64,000 nucleotides of DNA from Lama glama (lineage: Eukaryota), in assembly GCA_028534125.1 (NCBI GenBank), contig CM052824.1, positions 48,236,001 to 48,300,000 of the forward strand, read 5' to 3'. Shown here one piece after another: positions 35,531 to 47,671 of this stretch; within the stretch, counting starts at the first letter, position 1, and every line of letters starts with the position of its first letter. Both the position numbers and the translations under genes were made by a program. A model generated the notes under the pieces. It had not been told where the DNA came from. It searched no databases and saw only the letters and a program-made list of their open reading frames with translations.

Positions 35531-37661
35531 TAAAAGTGTCTTATTGTCATCGTCATAAAAATCTCCCATATCTTACTAGGCTGTCTGTGTGCTTTTCTAT
35601 CTGGGGCCACTCACTTATTCATTCCCTCGCTCAGCAAACAGACGTTGAGTTTCTGCCTCATTGCCTAAGACCCCGGTCAGACCATCTTTCATATGCAAGA
35701 TCACTCTTGCTCCTGACAACAGTCCCCTGACTTAGCCACAAGCATGGTCTCTCCTTCACATTACAGATGGAAAAACTGAGTCCCGGAGAGTGATGGTCTT
35801 CCCCATTTATCCTTCCTTAGACAAGAAACCTGTGCAGCTTCCCTTGTAAGATGCACCAGCATCTTCACCTCCACCCCTAAGAGGGTCATCGCCCCCTGCT
35901 GCTCAGAAGACTGGGGTTGCTGGGCTGGTTCCCTGTGGAGTCAGGGGCAGTGGGACATTTGCTCTCTTTTGCTCAGAGCCCTTGATCTGTGGGGCTGAGG
36001 CTGAAGGTAGAACCAGGGTCTGAGTTTCCTGCTGGCAGGTGATGGAAAGGCCCCTTTTCTTCTCTGAGCTGACCTGTAAAATAAGGAGTCTGGACCAGAC
36101 CACCTGGCAGGGAACATTCCTTAAGTCTGTGATCCTGTGCACTCTGCTTTGCCTCCAAGAACCTGGGAGGCAGCACCAGGGAGCCTTGCCCTGGGAGGAT
36201 GCATCTCCCACTGAAGAAGTGGGACAGGGAGGCAGGGGAAGGAGAGGAGAACTTCCAGAGTCACCACTCAGCTCTCTTTCCACCATCAGGCTGCCACTTG
36301 TGCACCTACTATGTGCACTGGGCCCTGGCTAGGGATGCTGGGGTGGGGAGAGGGGACAGGCTGAGGGGCAGTGTTTGGAGCACAAGCCTCAGGGTCATCC
36401 GGACCTGGACTCCAATCCATGTCTGCCTTTACAAGTCAGGTGACCTTGACAGTCATCTCGCTGCTCTGAGCCATACCCGGCGCTTAGTAGGTGCTCAGTT
36501 AATGCACGCCCTTCCCTTGAGAGAGAAACCACTTTCTTCCTCACAGGGTCTTTCCCCAGCTCTGCCCCACCCCCGTGAGCTCCTGGCCCAGATCACAAAG
36601 TGGCCATCATTAGACGGGGCAGAGCCTTCCAGGGCCCTCAGAGAGGGCAACAGGCAAGAGCCCATGGGGTTTGCAGGAGTTTGAAGTTTGGCTCTGGCAC
36701 TTGTTACCTGGATCATCTTGGGCATGTCACCCTCTTAGCCTTTATTTTGGAAGCCACAAAATGAACATAATTGTCACCTCATAGATCTGGAGTGAGGAGG
36801 CAACAGAAAGAAGTGCTGGCCGCAGTGCATAGCACATAGTAGGTGTTCAAATCAACAGTAGTGCTCTCTCTGTCCTTGCTGAAATGGATGCAGTAGAAGC
36901 CTTTCCCACAGGTGCCTCATCCCAGAGTGTCTTGACATAAATGATCTCATTTGGACTGCAGTCCTCACTGTAACCCTGTGAGGTGGGGCAAGCATTGGTG
37001 CCCCACCCTCAGGCTATAAAAACTCCAGAGGCTGAGAGGAGAGCATGGCATGCTTTGTTTTTAAAGCCCCCACCACCACCACCATCTCCAATTCGCCAGC
37101 CCCCCACTGCCCTCGTCCCAGGTGCTGCAGCACTGATGCTGGTCTCTACCTGGTGGCCCTGGGATGTGGCTGGCAGTGAGGATCATGGCCTAGTATCCTG
37201 AAGGTGGGCTTAGGTCATGGGGGTCCCTGCCTGGGGGCGGGAAAGAGAGAGCCAGGGCAGACAGTGGCTGCAGCCTCCCACCTAGAGGGTATCTCGACAT
37301 GGAGCAGTTGGAGCCCATAGGCCAGGTCTGAGGTAACATCAGGGCACAGAGTTTGGAGCAGGGGCTGCTACCCCATCAGGGAGGGATCCCACAGAGGCTC
37401 TGTCAGCTTCCCTCCCAGAGCTTCCCCTGCTTTGTCTAACTGGAGACAGAGGCCTTGTACAAGACAGCACTGCCCTCTTCCCACCCCGGGAGCTGGGAAG
37501 GAGGGCTATCACTGGATCCAGAGAGAAATCGACCTCCAGGACCCATCGCTGGGACTAGTTGGCCCCCAGACACCTGGGCGAGGCATGGCCTCAGCCTGGG
37601 CGTGGAAGGAGGAGGGCAGGGGCTCTGCGTCGCGTCCCACCCCCCACCACCCTCTCCCCAG

Positions 37662-37897
37662 GTACCTGGCCAAGCTGTCCTCGGTGGGGAGCATCTCTGA
37701 GGAGGAGACATGCGAGAAGCTCAAGGGACTGATCCAGAGGCAGGTGCAGATGTGCAAGCGGAACCTGGAGGTGATGGACTCGGTGCGCCGCGGCGCCCAG
37801 CTCGCCATCGAGGAGTGCCAGTACCAGTTCCGGAACCGGCGCTGGAACTGCTCCACGCTCGACTCGCTGCCTGTCTTTGGCAAGGTGGTGACGCAAG
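37662..37897 (+). CDS. WNT4: WNT4 coding exon 2
   Basis: Pyrimidine tract ...cctctccccag|G; [22 protein letters not shown]...[18 protein letters not shown] (N88 sequon NCS); donor G|GTGAGG; 236 nt. Confidence 0.99.
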
Positions 37898-38489
37898 GTG
37901 AGGCAGGGGCTGGCGGGGGTGCTGGGGACCCTGGAAGAGACCATCGTGTCCTTGGGTGGGGAACCACATGCCCGTGAGTGACCTGACCTTTCCATCACTT
38001 ATCAAGTTAAAGCCACATAGGATGCAGATGCAGGCACCAGGAGCACCGGGACCCGGCAGGCAGGAGTCCGGGTGGGAGGGCTATTGGAGGGGGATGCTGT
38101 TCTCTGGCTGTGCAGCACAAGACAGTGTGCCATCTTGTCAGTCCTTGAGCTCCCATCCCGTTGTACAGTCAGACACTGAGGCTCAGGCAAGGGAGAAAGG
38201 ATAGAGTTGCCCAGCGCTCCTCAGAGGGTAAACATCAGAATCAGAATTCAGACCTAGAACTCCAGACCCCCAGCCCCATGCTGTTTTTACCTTAGCAACG
38301 GCCTCTCGTAAGCAAGCCCATCTTGTTCGTCTGCACCTTTGACGAACCGTGCAGAGAGCATCACCGTGCCCAGCCCGGAGACCCTGGGAATAACAGCACC
38401 CGGATCCTGTCCTCCCGGACTCACAGTCAGGGCAGCAACTACAGCTCAGCAGGGGCAGCAGCTTACACACCAGGAGCACCAGCTAGGGA

Positions 38490-38660
38490 CTAGATGCTGC
38501 TTTAAGTGTTTTCAGTAGTATTAACTCATCTGGCCCTTTGAGATAGGCCTCCTTATTGCACATGAAGAAACTGAGGCACAGAGAGGTCAACTTACCCAAG
38601 GTCACAGAACCAAAAATTAGCCAAGCCAGGACTTGAGCCCAGCAGTCCAGCTCCAGGGCC
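38490..38660 (-). mobile_element. MIR SINE
   Basis: gaagaaactgaggcacagagagg...acttacccaaggtcacag. Confidence 0.75.
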
Positions 38661-39722
38661 CACGATGAGAGAATGCTGTGATGGAGGGGATGTGGTAGCC
38701 TCGGGAGCACAAGGCTGGACCCCTCCTCTGGCCAGGACAGGATGCTCAGGGAAACCTTTCCTGGGGAGGTGGGCCCTCAGCTGACACCAGAAATATGAGA
38801 AGGCATTAAGCCAGAGGAAGGTGGGCCAGGGCAGAGAGAATGTTCCGTGCAACTGGAAGGCTCCTTGAGAGGTCACCGGGTCAAGCTGCTGCCCTCGAGG
38901 GAGCGTTATAAGCCAGCGGCCTCTTCTACTTCCTGAGTGTGAAACTGACACTCCTGAGCCACCTCCAGTCAACAGGCCCCTTGACTTGCTCAGGCAGCAG
39001 GAAGGCACTGCTTGGGCCAACCTTTGTCTTGGCACCTGTGGTCCTGGACGGCTAGGGCTGCTGGGCTTGTGGCAAACCATTTGGATGCTGTTGGAAACCA
39101 ACTGTGATAGAAATTTGGAAGCCATTCTCCTGGGAGCTGGCAGGGACCAAAAAGGCACGATCATGCTTGGCATGACTGAACGTTGCTGCTCCAGAAAAGA
39201 AGCGGAGACCCAGTCAGCGGCCTGGTAGCGGAGGACCTCCCAGGGTGAAGGTTCCCCTGCCGAGCACCCAGGGCTGCCCGCCTGATGAGGCCCAGGTACT
39301 AGGCTCAAACAGCAGACCCCGGGCATGGGAAGCCCCTCATGCACAGTAGGTGTTCCATATTGTAGGTGGATTGGTGAATATATTGGTAGGGTTTCACGTG
39401 CCAGGCCTCTTCACACCCCCGTGCCTTTGCACGTGCTATTTCCTCTACTCCAAATACCCAGCCCTCTTTCTCCACCAGCTCAACAGGTTCCTCCTCCACA
39501 GTCTTCCCAGCTCCTGCAAACAGGTGGTTGTTTTCACCTCTGGGCTGTAAAGCTCTTTGTTCATGCTGGTGTTTTTTTCTCTTTTGGAGGGGGGTACTTG
39601 TTTTTGATGTCATTTCAAACCCAACAAAAAAATAGCAAAAATAGTACAAGGAATTCCCAGATACTCTTTTTTTTAAATCTCTGTGTGATGTGTTTATTCA
39701 GCTACCTACTTTCGTTTTCTTC

Positions 39723-39890
39723 TTTTTTAAAATCGAGGTATAATTGACATATATTAGTTTCAGATGTATAATGTAATAATTCCATAGTTTGCATATATTA
39801 TGAAGTGATCACCACAGCAAGTCTAATTAACATCCATCACCACACACGGTTACAAAAATGTTTGTCTTGTGGTGAGAACTTTTAAGATCT
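39723..39890 (-). mobile_element. Older L1 3' end fragment (L1MA-like)
   Basis: ttttttaaaatcgaggtataattgacata...gtggtgagaacttttaagatct resembles an antisense L1MA 3' terminus. Confidence 0.7.
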
Positions 39891-41117
39891 CCTTTCTTTT
39901 TTTTTTAACTGAAGTATAGTCGGTTTACAATGTTGTATTACTTTCTCGTGTACAGCATATTTGTTCAGCTATATACATACATACATGTATATTCCTTTTC
40001 ATATTCTTTCTCATTATAGGTCATTGAATATAGTTCCCAGTGCTATACAGTAGGACCTTGTTGTTTACCCATTTTTGGGGGGTGGGCGGGTTGTTGATTA
40101 GGTTTATTTATTTCGTCAGTTATTTTAACGGGAACTACTGGGGACTGAACCCAGGACCTCGTGCATGCAAAGCATGTACTCTAACCACTAGGTTATACCC
40201 TCTCATATCTATTTTATATATAGTAGTTAGTATCTGTAAATTCTGAACTCCCAATCTTTCCCTCCCCTCCCTCTCCCCCCGTAACCATAAGTTTGTTTTC
40301 TATGTCAGTGAGTCTGTTCCTGTGTTGTAAATAAGTTCATTTGTGTAATTTTTTTAGATTCCATGTATAAGTGATATCATATGGAATTTTTCTTTATCTT
40401 TCTTGCTTAACTTCAGTTAGTATGACAATCTCCAGGTCCATCCATGTTGCTGCACATGACATTATTTTATTTTTTATGGCTGAGTAGTATTCCATTGTAT
40501 AAATACACCACAACTTCTTTATCTAATCATCTGTCAGCGGACATTTAGGCTGTTTCCATGTCTTGGCTATTGTAAATAGTGCTGCTATGAACATTGGGGT
40601 GCATGTATATTTTTTAATTAAAGTTCNNNNNNNNNNNNNNNNNNNNNNNNNNNNNNNNNNNNNNNNNNNNNNNNNNNNNNNNNNNNNNNNNNNNNNNNNN
40701 NNNNNNNNNNNNNNNNNNNNNNNNNNNNNNNNNNNNNNNNNNNNNNNNNNNNNNNNNNNNNNNNNNNNNNNNNCACCTTCTCCAGCATTTNNNNNNNNNN
40801 NNNNNNNNNNNNNNNNNNNNNNNNNNNNNNNNNNNNNNNNNNNNNNNNNNNNNNNNNNNNNNNNNNNNNNNNNNNNNNNNNNNNNNNNNNNNNNNNNNNN
40901 NNNNNNNNNNNNNNNNNNNNNNNNNNNNNNNNNNNNNNNNNTTTGTTTAGGTCTTCTGCCCATTTTTGGATTGGGTTGTTTTTTGTTACTGAGTTGTATG
41001 AGCTGTTCATATATTCTAGAAATTAAGCCCTTATTAGTCATATCGTTTGCAAATATTTTCTCCCATTCCGTAGGTTGTCTTTTTGTTTTCTTTATAGTTT
41101 TCTTTGATGTGCAAAAG
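39891..41117 (-). mobile_element. 5'-truncated LINE-1 (ORF2 C-terminus plus 3' UTR) in intron 2, antisense to WNT4
   Basis: Minus-strand translation KKTKRQPTEWEKIFAND...KGLISRIYEQL and TCTPMFIAALFTIAKTWKQPKCP are L1 ORF2 C-terminal motifs; poly-T at ~39891-39906 is the tail; two N gaps inside. Confidence 0.93.
40072..40204 (-). mobile_element. tRNA-Ala-derived SINE (Vic-1-like) nested in an L1
   Basis: Reverse complement GAGGGTATAACCTAGTGGTTAGAGTACATGCTTTGCATGCACGAGGTCCTGGGTTCAGTCCCCAG...AAATAAATAAACCTAAT...CCCCCCAAAAA interrupts L1 3' UTR sequence. Confidence 0.85.
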
Positions 41118-44100
41118 AAAACAGATCCCACCCAGAGCCAGGGCGTGCTTGGAGAAAAGGAGCCCCATCTGTTGAGGGCCTCCTGGGTGCTGTCTTGCAT
41201 CAGGCCCTCCTCACAACAATCCTGAGTGTGGAATGCTCCCACGTGACAGCAGGCAGAGGGTGTAATGCACCCAGATCCGGCACCTGCCAGCTCTTGGCAT
41301 GAGATCCTGGGCAGGGTCCATCCCCTGTCCTTGTCTCTGCACCTTCCTCCCTAGAAATTTGGGGCAATCCCAGGACCCAGCTCCCAGGCTTCCGGCAGGA
41401 GTCAGAGATATTTCCAAAGGGCCGATTGGTTCCACGGCACCCCTCAGGGGACAGGGGCAGCTATCATACTGCCAGCATTGCCCGAGGTTACACAGGCTCC
41501 AACCCCACCCTCCCTCCACTCCCAGGCAGTGTAGGCCCCCTGCTACTGGCCTACAGAGGCAAGACAGATGGTGACATTATGGTGACCAGTGACGATTGTG
41601 TATAAGTCAGGGCCAAACTGTGTCCTCTGGCTGAAAATCTGCCAGACGTGTGGTGAAGCTGGATGGGGCAGAGGGTGGTTTTTGGCTGAGCAGGCGTTCA
41701 GGGCCAGGTGTGGGATGGCCTTTCTATGGTTTGGTCCTTGCTTGATCCCAGTGCCTAGAGTAGTGCCTGCACGTGGGAGGTAACTGATACGTATATGTGG
41801 AATGAACGACAAGAGTTTGAGGATGGGAGGGAGAGGCGGTGGAGTCTGGCGAAGGTTCGGTGTGGCCGTGAGCAGCAGGTGTGCTGGGTCTCAGAGCGGG
41901 CTGGCCAGAGCAGGGCAGGCAGGTGGGAAGGCGATGCCAACCCCTCTTCTCCTGCTTCCCTCCCTCTGTAGACAATGCGGGGCCTCCCCCTGCCTCTTCA
42001 CATCTTACTCTGTGACCTTGATCACATTCCTGTCCCAAGAGAGAGGACTTGATGAGCCTTGAGGCCCTTTTGGGCTCCAGCTGCCTCACTGGGAGGTGAT
42101 GTGGTGCACTGGTTGTAGCAAAGTGACGGTTCAGCCCAGACTGTCTTTCCACTCCCCATGCGTCTAACATCCAGGACACCTCACTGACGGCACCATCAGG
42201 CTGGAGCTGAGCAGATGCTTTTCGGGCCTGGGCAGTGACTAACACCTGTGTTCTCACCTTTGTCCTCAATATTGGTATCACATTGGACCCAGTGAGGGTG
42301 AGAACGTGCTTTCCTTCTGGCGACCTCTCAGGCCAGCCTGTGGTGCCAGCAGATAAGGCACAGGAGGTCTGAGGAGGGGGTACCCCAGAGACACCCTACA
42401 CCAGGGCTTCCTTGAAGACAGACTCACCTTGGCTTCCCATCCTTGGCATCCTTGGTGCCCTCATAGAGCCCGGCTCACAGCATGTGGCTAACAGATGTCT
42501 GATGAGAAAGGAAGTGTCTCTGCCCTAAGGAAGGTTTTACCCCAATGCAAATATGTGGACAACAGGCCCTCAGGGTTTAAGTGCCCAACCCAACATTCAC
42601 AGTAGCTACTATGTCCCAGGTACCTACTCTGGGCGAGGGACTGGGCTGAGCACTTCCTGTCTGTCACTTCATGAGATTTCCATACCCATCTGAAGAGATC
42701 AGAACTATGATCAACCCCATTTCTATGAATAAGAAGACTGAAATCACACATCTAGGAAGGGGCAGAGCCAGGACTAGATCTCAGGCCTGCCCGGCTGAGC
42801 ATCCTCGCTCCTCCCCAGTACCCACATCTCTCTCCAGGTAGCTGTGAAGGGCCTGCTTTGTGCCCAACCCTGTGCTGGGTTCAAGGTGGGGCAGAGAAGG
42901 TGAGGGACAGCCTGGCCCCTGGACCTTCCAATCTGGCTGCAGAGGCACTTAGAAGATGAAATAGTCTGTCCGATTCTGCGTGGGGCGGGTAGGCCAGTGA
43001 GAGCGCCCGGAGTCCTGGGAGTCCATGATGGTGGGAGGGATGTGCAGAAGTGCTGGGGTCTTGCCTGCCAGGCAGCAGCATTTTCCTCACATTAGAACTG
43101 GGGAAAGTCACATCACCAGAAACAGTCTTAACATGGCTTTGTCCAGCTCCAAAGCCTTCCCCTTTCCCCTGTCTTTCATTGCCTCTTAAATCTAAAGAGG
43201 CTTCCTGGAGGCGGTTTCAAGAAGAGATGAACTTTGCAGAGAAGAAAGCAAAGGAAACTGGAAAGGCAGGCTGGGGGCAGGGATGTGGAGAGGACGAGGA
43301 CAGTGACTTTCTCAGACACCCGGGCCTGTCCTGCCCCACCTCCTCAGAACTTCCACTGGGTCTGCTTTGGAAACACATGAGTTATGCTCAGAATGACACT
43401 GCCACCAGGACACCTGCCCAGTGCCCCAAGGATCACCATGTCCGTAGCTTCCTTTCTAGCCCAACTCAGCCTCATCTGTTTCTCTTCCAAACACTCCTTC
43501 CTGCTCAAACATTCTTTCTTCTGACATCTGGGGAGACAGTGCACATGATGTGCACAGAAGTGCACAGAAGACCTTGGTTCCAGTTCCCACTTGGCCAGGG
43601 AACCCCAGACAAGCCACTGAGCCTCACTTTTTCCTCCATCAGGCAGAGCCGGAGAGAGCCAATCGCTCAGGTGGCCATGAGCAGATGTTAGACAGCAGAT
43701 GGAAAAGCCCTTGTAGGCCCTCAGAGAGTGGAGCTATCCCCTCAGGATATCTGAATTCCCAGCCCCCGGCAGCCTTAACACCTTGGAAAAGATGGCAGTC
43801 AGGCGGGACCCAGAGGACACTCAGGATTTAAGCTGGTGGAGCCAGGGAAGGAGGTGCCCTGGAAGAAGGGAGAGCAGGAAGAGAGGTGTTGGCTGTGGGA
43901 GGGGGAAAATGGATTTATAGAAAAGGCAGAAGGTCCCAGGGCAGCTGCTAGCACCTTCAAGAGCCGGCTCTGCTGTCCCAGGAGGACAGAGCCAGGACTG
44001 TCTCCCTGCTGCAGCTGGAACCGGCCAATGCCCGGACCAGGGCCCATTCATCTAGCCGGTCACCAGGGAGCTCCCCTCTGCTGCCCTCGTAATCGCACCA

Positions 44101-45580
44101 CAATCCTTCTCCTGTGTCTCAGTGGTCTCTGCCAGGTGCCCCACCGGGGAGTGAAGCTCCAGCTGGGCAGAGGGGACGAGCCCAGAGGGGCACAGCGCTG
44201 GAGTCAAGAGGCTGGAGGAGCCGCTGCCATCGGCTCTCAGGGCACAGTTGCTCAGGTACATTCTCCAGGCCTCTGGGGCCTCCTGTGCTGAGCACAGGCC
44301 AGCTGCTCATCACTCCCCAGGAAAGAACCCACAGAAGGAACTAGACACGTCCCACAGCTCATGGCTTCACATGTGGGAGATGGGAAGAGATGTACTGTCG
44401 GGGAGCAGGGAGGTTCCTGTGGGCTTGCCTCCGGACTCTGCGAGGCCGAATCATGTCAAGGCTGCCTGAGTCTGAATTCTGGTTCCGCCACTTCCTGGCT
44501 GGGTGTTCTTGGACCAGTTGCTTCACCACTCAGTGCCTCAGTTTCCTCTTCTGGAAAATGAGGAGGAAAAGTCTCTACTTCCCAGGGTTGTTGTGCAGAG
44601 TACATAAACTCCATCAGGGGTTGAGACAGCGCCCAGCACAGGCCACTTCCCCAAGCTTCAGCTCTTGTTATCACCTTCCTTCCAGGCCCCCATGGAGAGA
44701 ACTGTAGCCAGTTGCTCCCAAGGCCAGGATAAGGGGGCCTGGAGTCCTGGAGATGGATGTTGGTTGGGGATGGGGTAGGGGTCACCCTGAGCCACCTGAC
44801 AGGGAGCTCTGCAGCCAGGACTGCTAGCACTCGGGAGAGGAGGTGAGCCCAGAGCTGGGGGTGGGCCAGGGGCTGCCTGAGGGCCCAGAGAAGCAGAGGA
44901 GAAAGGACATGCCAGGCCAGGAGCTGGGGCCACCCTGCCAGTCCCATCCATCCTACCTCCTCCCGCCTTCCCTTCCCCCCCGGTCTTTGGGGCAGAGATT
45001 TGTGCTAGTTCAGGCCTGGAAATACCAGAAATACCAGAAACTAAAGTCGTCTCTCTTTGGGCGGCCACAGCACAAAACCAACCAACATGATCCTGCTATT
45101 AACCTCGATTAACTTGGAGAGGATTCCTTCTCGGGCTGTCGAGGCCCCTGTGGCTCCAGCCAAGCCCCCTCATGCTGGCCCCAAATGGCCAGGCCAGGGC
45201 AGAGGGTGGGCTGTGGAGAGTGGGTGGTGGGCAGTATCCCTGGCTCAAGGGCCGAGCCGAGAACAGGGCGTCCTGAGCCGTCGGGGCTGCGCTGCCCCCG
45301 GCCCCAGCACTCGGCCTCCGCTGCCTGTCCACAGACGCGGGCACACAGGAGGTGATTGTTTCCGCCTGACCACGGCGACTGCTCCCCGGGGCAGCCGAGA
45401 GCACAGACCTGGGTGTCACAGAGTTAATTGCCAACCACGAGGCCAAAGCCTGCCCCCTCCGCTCCTGCGGACACAGACACTCCAGCAAGAGACAGAAGGA
45501 CAGTCACGGGCACACAGAGGCCCTCACAGGGCCCAGGACAGGAGCAGAGCCCGTCTGGTCACACACCCAGCTGGCCGTGT

Positions 45581-45618
45581 GCACACGCACTACACACACA
45601 CACACACACACACGCACA
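45581..45618. repeat. (CA)n microsatellite in intron 2
   Basis: gcacacgcactacacacacacacacacacacacgcaca. Confidence 0.9.
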
Positions 45619-46602
45619 AATACACTCCCTCCCACCACCCACACCCCCAGAAAGAGGCTACACAGCAGCTACACCCCCTGAGGCACATTTCCTAGGAGGA
45701 TAAAAACACCCATTCAGGCAGGAGATGGGGCAGGCACTGAAATAGAACCGCCAAGAAGCCACGGGGCAGAAGGGAAAAGACAGGCAGCAGAGGCGGACAG
45801 ACCTGTGTTTGAGCCTTGGTCCTATCCCTTCCTGCCTGGGAGACTGGGACCCCCTTCCCCTCCCCAAACCTGCACAGTGCCATCTGTGAAATGGGCATGG
45901 ATAAAACTCCCGGCGGCAGAGGGCATCCCCTCATCAGCAATGGCTGTGGTAAGCAGTAGGGGCCATTGTCACTATGATCTGCTCTTAAAGGTGTAAGGAA
46001 GCAAGATAGTCTCAGAAATGGGCCCAGTCTCAGCAGGGGGGCTGGGGCAGGTTCACAGAGTGGGGGACCCCTCAGCCTAGAGGGGCCAGCTGGGGAACAG
46101 CTACAAAAAGGGCTGGGCGGACAGGCCAGCGCTGCTACTTCTGTAGTCTTGCTAAGTTAATTCACCTCTCTGAGCCCTTCTTGTCTCATAAAATGACTAA
46201 ACCTGTGGCGAGGCTGTGAGAACAGGACCTGACCGTAGCTCAGAGCACTGATGCTGGGCTGTCTGCCTGCTCAGCCGTGGGCTGTGTGACCTGGGACAAG
46301 TTGGCTAATCTCTCTGAAAACAGGGATGATAACAGTACTTAACTGATGGGTGCTGTGAGGATAACTGGTCAGCACACGTGCAGACCGCGGAGCAGTGATC
46401 GGCGTGTGCAAGTGTGTTTAGCCATTGGTCTGGTAAGGACAAGCCCCAGCACAGCGTGAGTCCTGGCCTGCGGGAGTCAGCCTGCCTTGCTCTCTCCGTG
46501 GGCCTCCATCTTCAGGAGGCCCCATCTACCCCTCCCCTCTAAAAAGGAGGGTGCAGGGAGGAGCACTGGGACCCAGCCCTGCCCTCCCTCTGCCTCCCAC
46601 AG

Positions 46603-46734
46603 GGACTCGGGAGGCGGCCTTCGTGTACGCCATCTCTTCGGCAGGTGTGGCCTTTGCGGTGACGCGGGCATGCAGCAGCGGGGAGCTTGAAAAGTGCGGC
46701 TGTGACCGGACGGTACATGGGGTCAGCCCACAGG
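46603..46734 (+). CDS. WNT4: WNT4 coding exon 3
   Basis: Acceptor ...ctcccacag|GG; [44 protein letters not shown]; donor G|GTGAGT; 132 nt. Confidence 0.99.
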
Positions 46735-46829
46735 GTGAGTGCAGGCTGTGGGGAGGGCGCGGGGGGAGGGCAGGGGCCTGGGCCCTGGCCCTCACTCACC
46801 CTCGGCTCCCCGTGCCCACCGCACCCCAG

Positions 46830-46972
46830 GCTTCCAGTGGTCAGGATGCTCGGACAACATTGCCTACGGCGTGGCCTTCTCACAGTCGTTCGTGGACGTG
46901 CGGGAGAGAAACAAGGGGGCCTCGTCCAGCCGGGCCCTCATGAACCTGCACAACAACGAGGCCGGCAGGAAG
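46830..46972 (+). CDS. WNT4: WNT4 coding exon 4
   Basis: Acceptor ...gcaccccag|GC; [48 protein letters not shown]; donor AAG|GTAGCG; 143 nt. Confidence 0.99.
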
Positions 46973-47671
46973 GTAGCGTGCACAGCCCCGCCACCCCGCA
47001 TCTGGGAGAGGGCGGGCTCGGCGAGGTCCCCACTCTCCACCCATGTGCCACACGGGAAACAGGCTCTCACTAGCACCAGGCACCTCCTGCAGGTCAGCAG
47101 GGTGCAGGGTGGTGGGAGAGGGAAGCAGACAGGTGACCAGGTGTTACAGAACCATGTGTGTGGCCCGCAGCACAGCACGTGTGCCCCCGACGTGCCCCAC
47201 ACACACATACCTACACAGGTATAGTCTCCATCCCGCTTTGTCACACACATCACGTAATAAACAGCAGAGCTGGACACTTTCTCTGTGTCGCTGCAAAGGT
47301 CATGTGCTTAACTGTGACACCATCTGCCACCTTGATCCCGACTCTGCAAGGTTCCTGTGCAGGTCCAGTGCAGCCGTGTTCTTCTCCATCACGTCACTGT
47401 TTTTGTATGACACAGCCCTTTAATGTCTCTCCTCTATCAACTCCGAGTGCCCCAAGGGCTGGGCCAGTGTCTTCAACTGTTCCCAACAGTTTACCAGCCT
47501 ACCATGGCACACAGCAGGAGCTTAATACAGAGGGAGCACAACAGTCAAACTTTCTCCTCTCCTGAGGGCCTCCCCGCATCCTTGCCCCCGCCTTGCCCAC
47601 CCCCTAGTGGCCCCTCCCTGGCCTCCCCTGACATCTCCTGATGGCCCCTCTCCCCTCCCCATCCCCCGCAG

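Noticed and set aside
38592-39344. 250-aa minus-strand ORF (also 43050-43691, 45057-45695, 56334-56963)
   Set aside because: No recognisable domains; several run through MIR/L2 or microsatellite sequence or use non-ATG starts; lengths are compatible with chance in GC-rich DNA.
40523-41242. Functional L1 ORF2
   Set aside because: Only a C-terminal remnant; 5'-truncated, gapped and stopping early.
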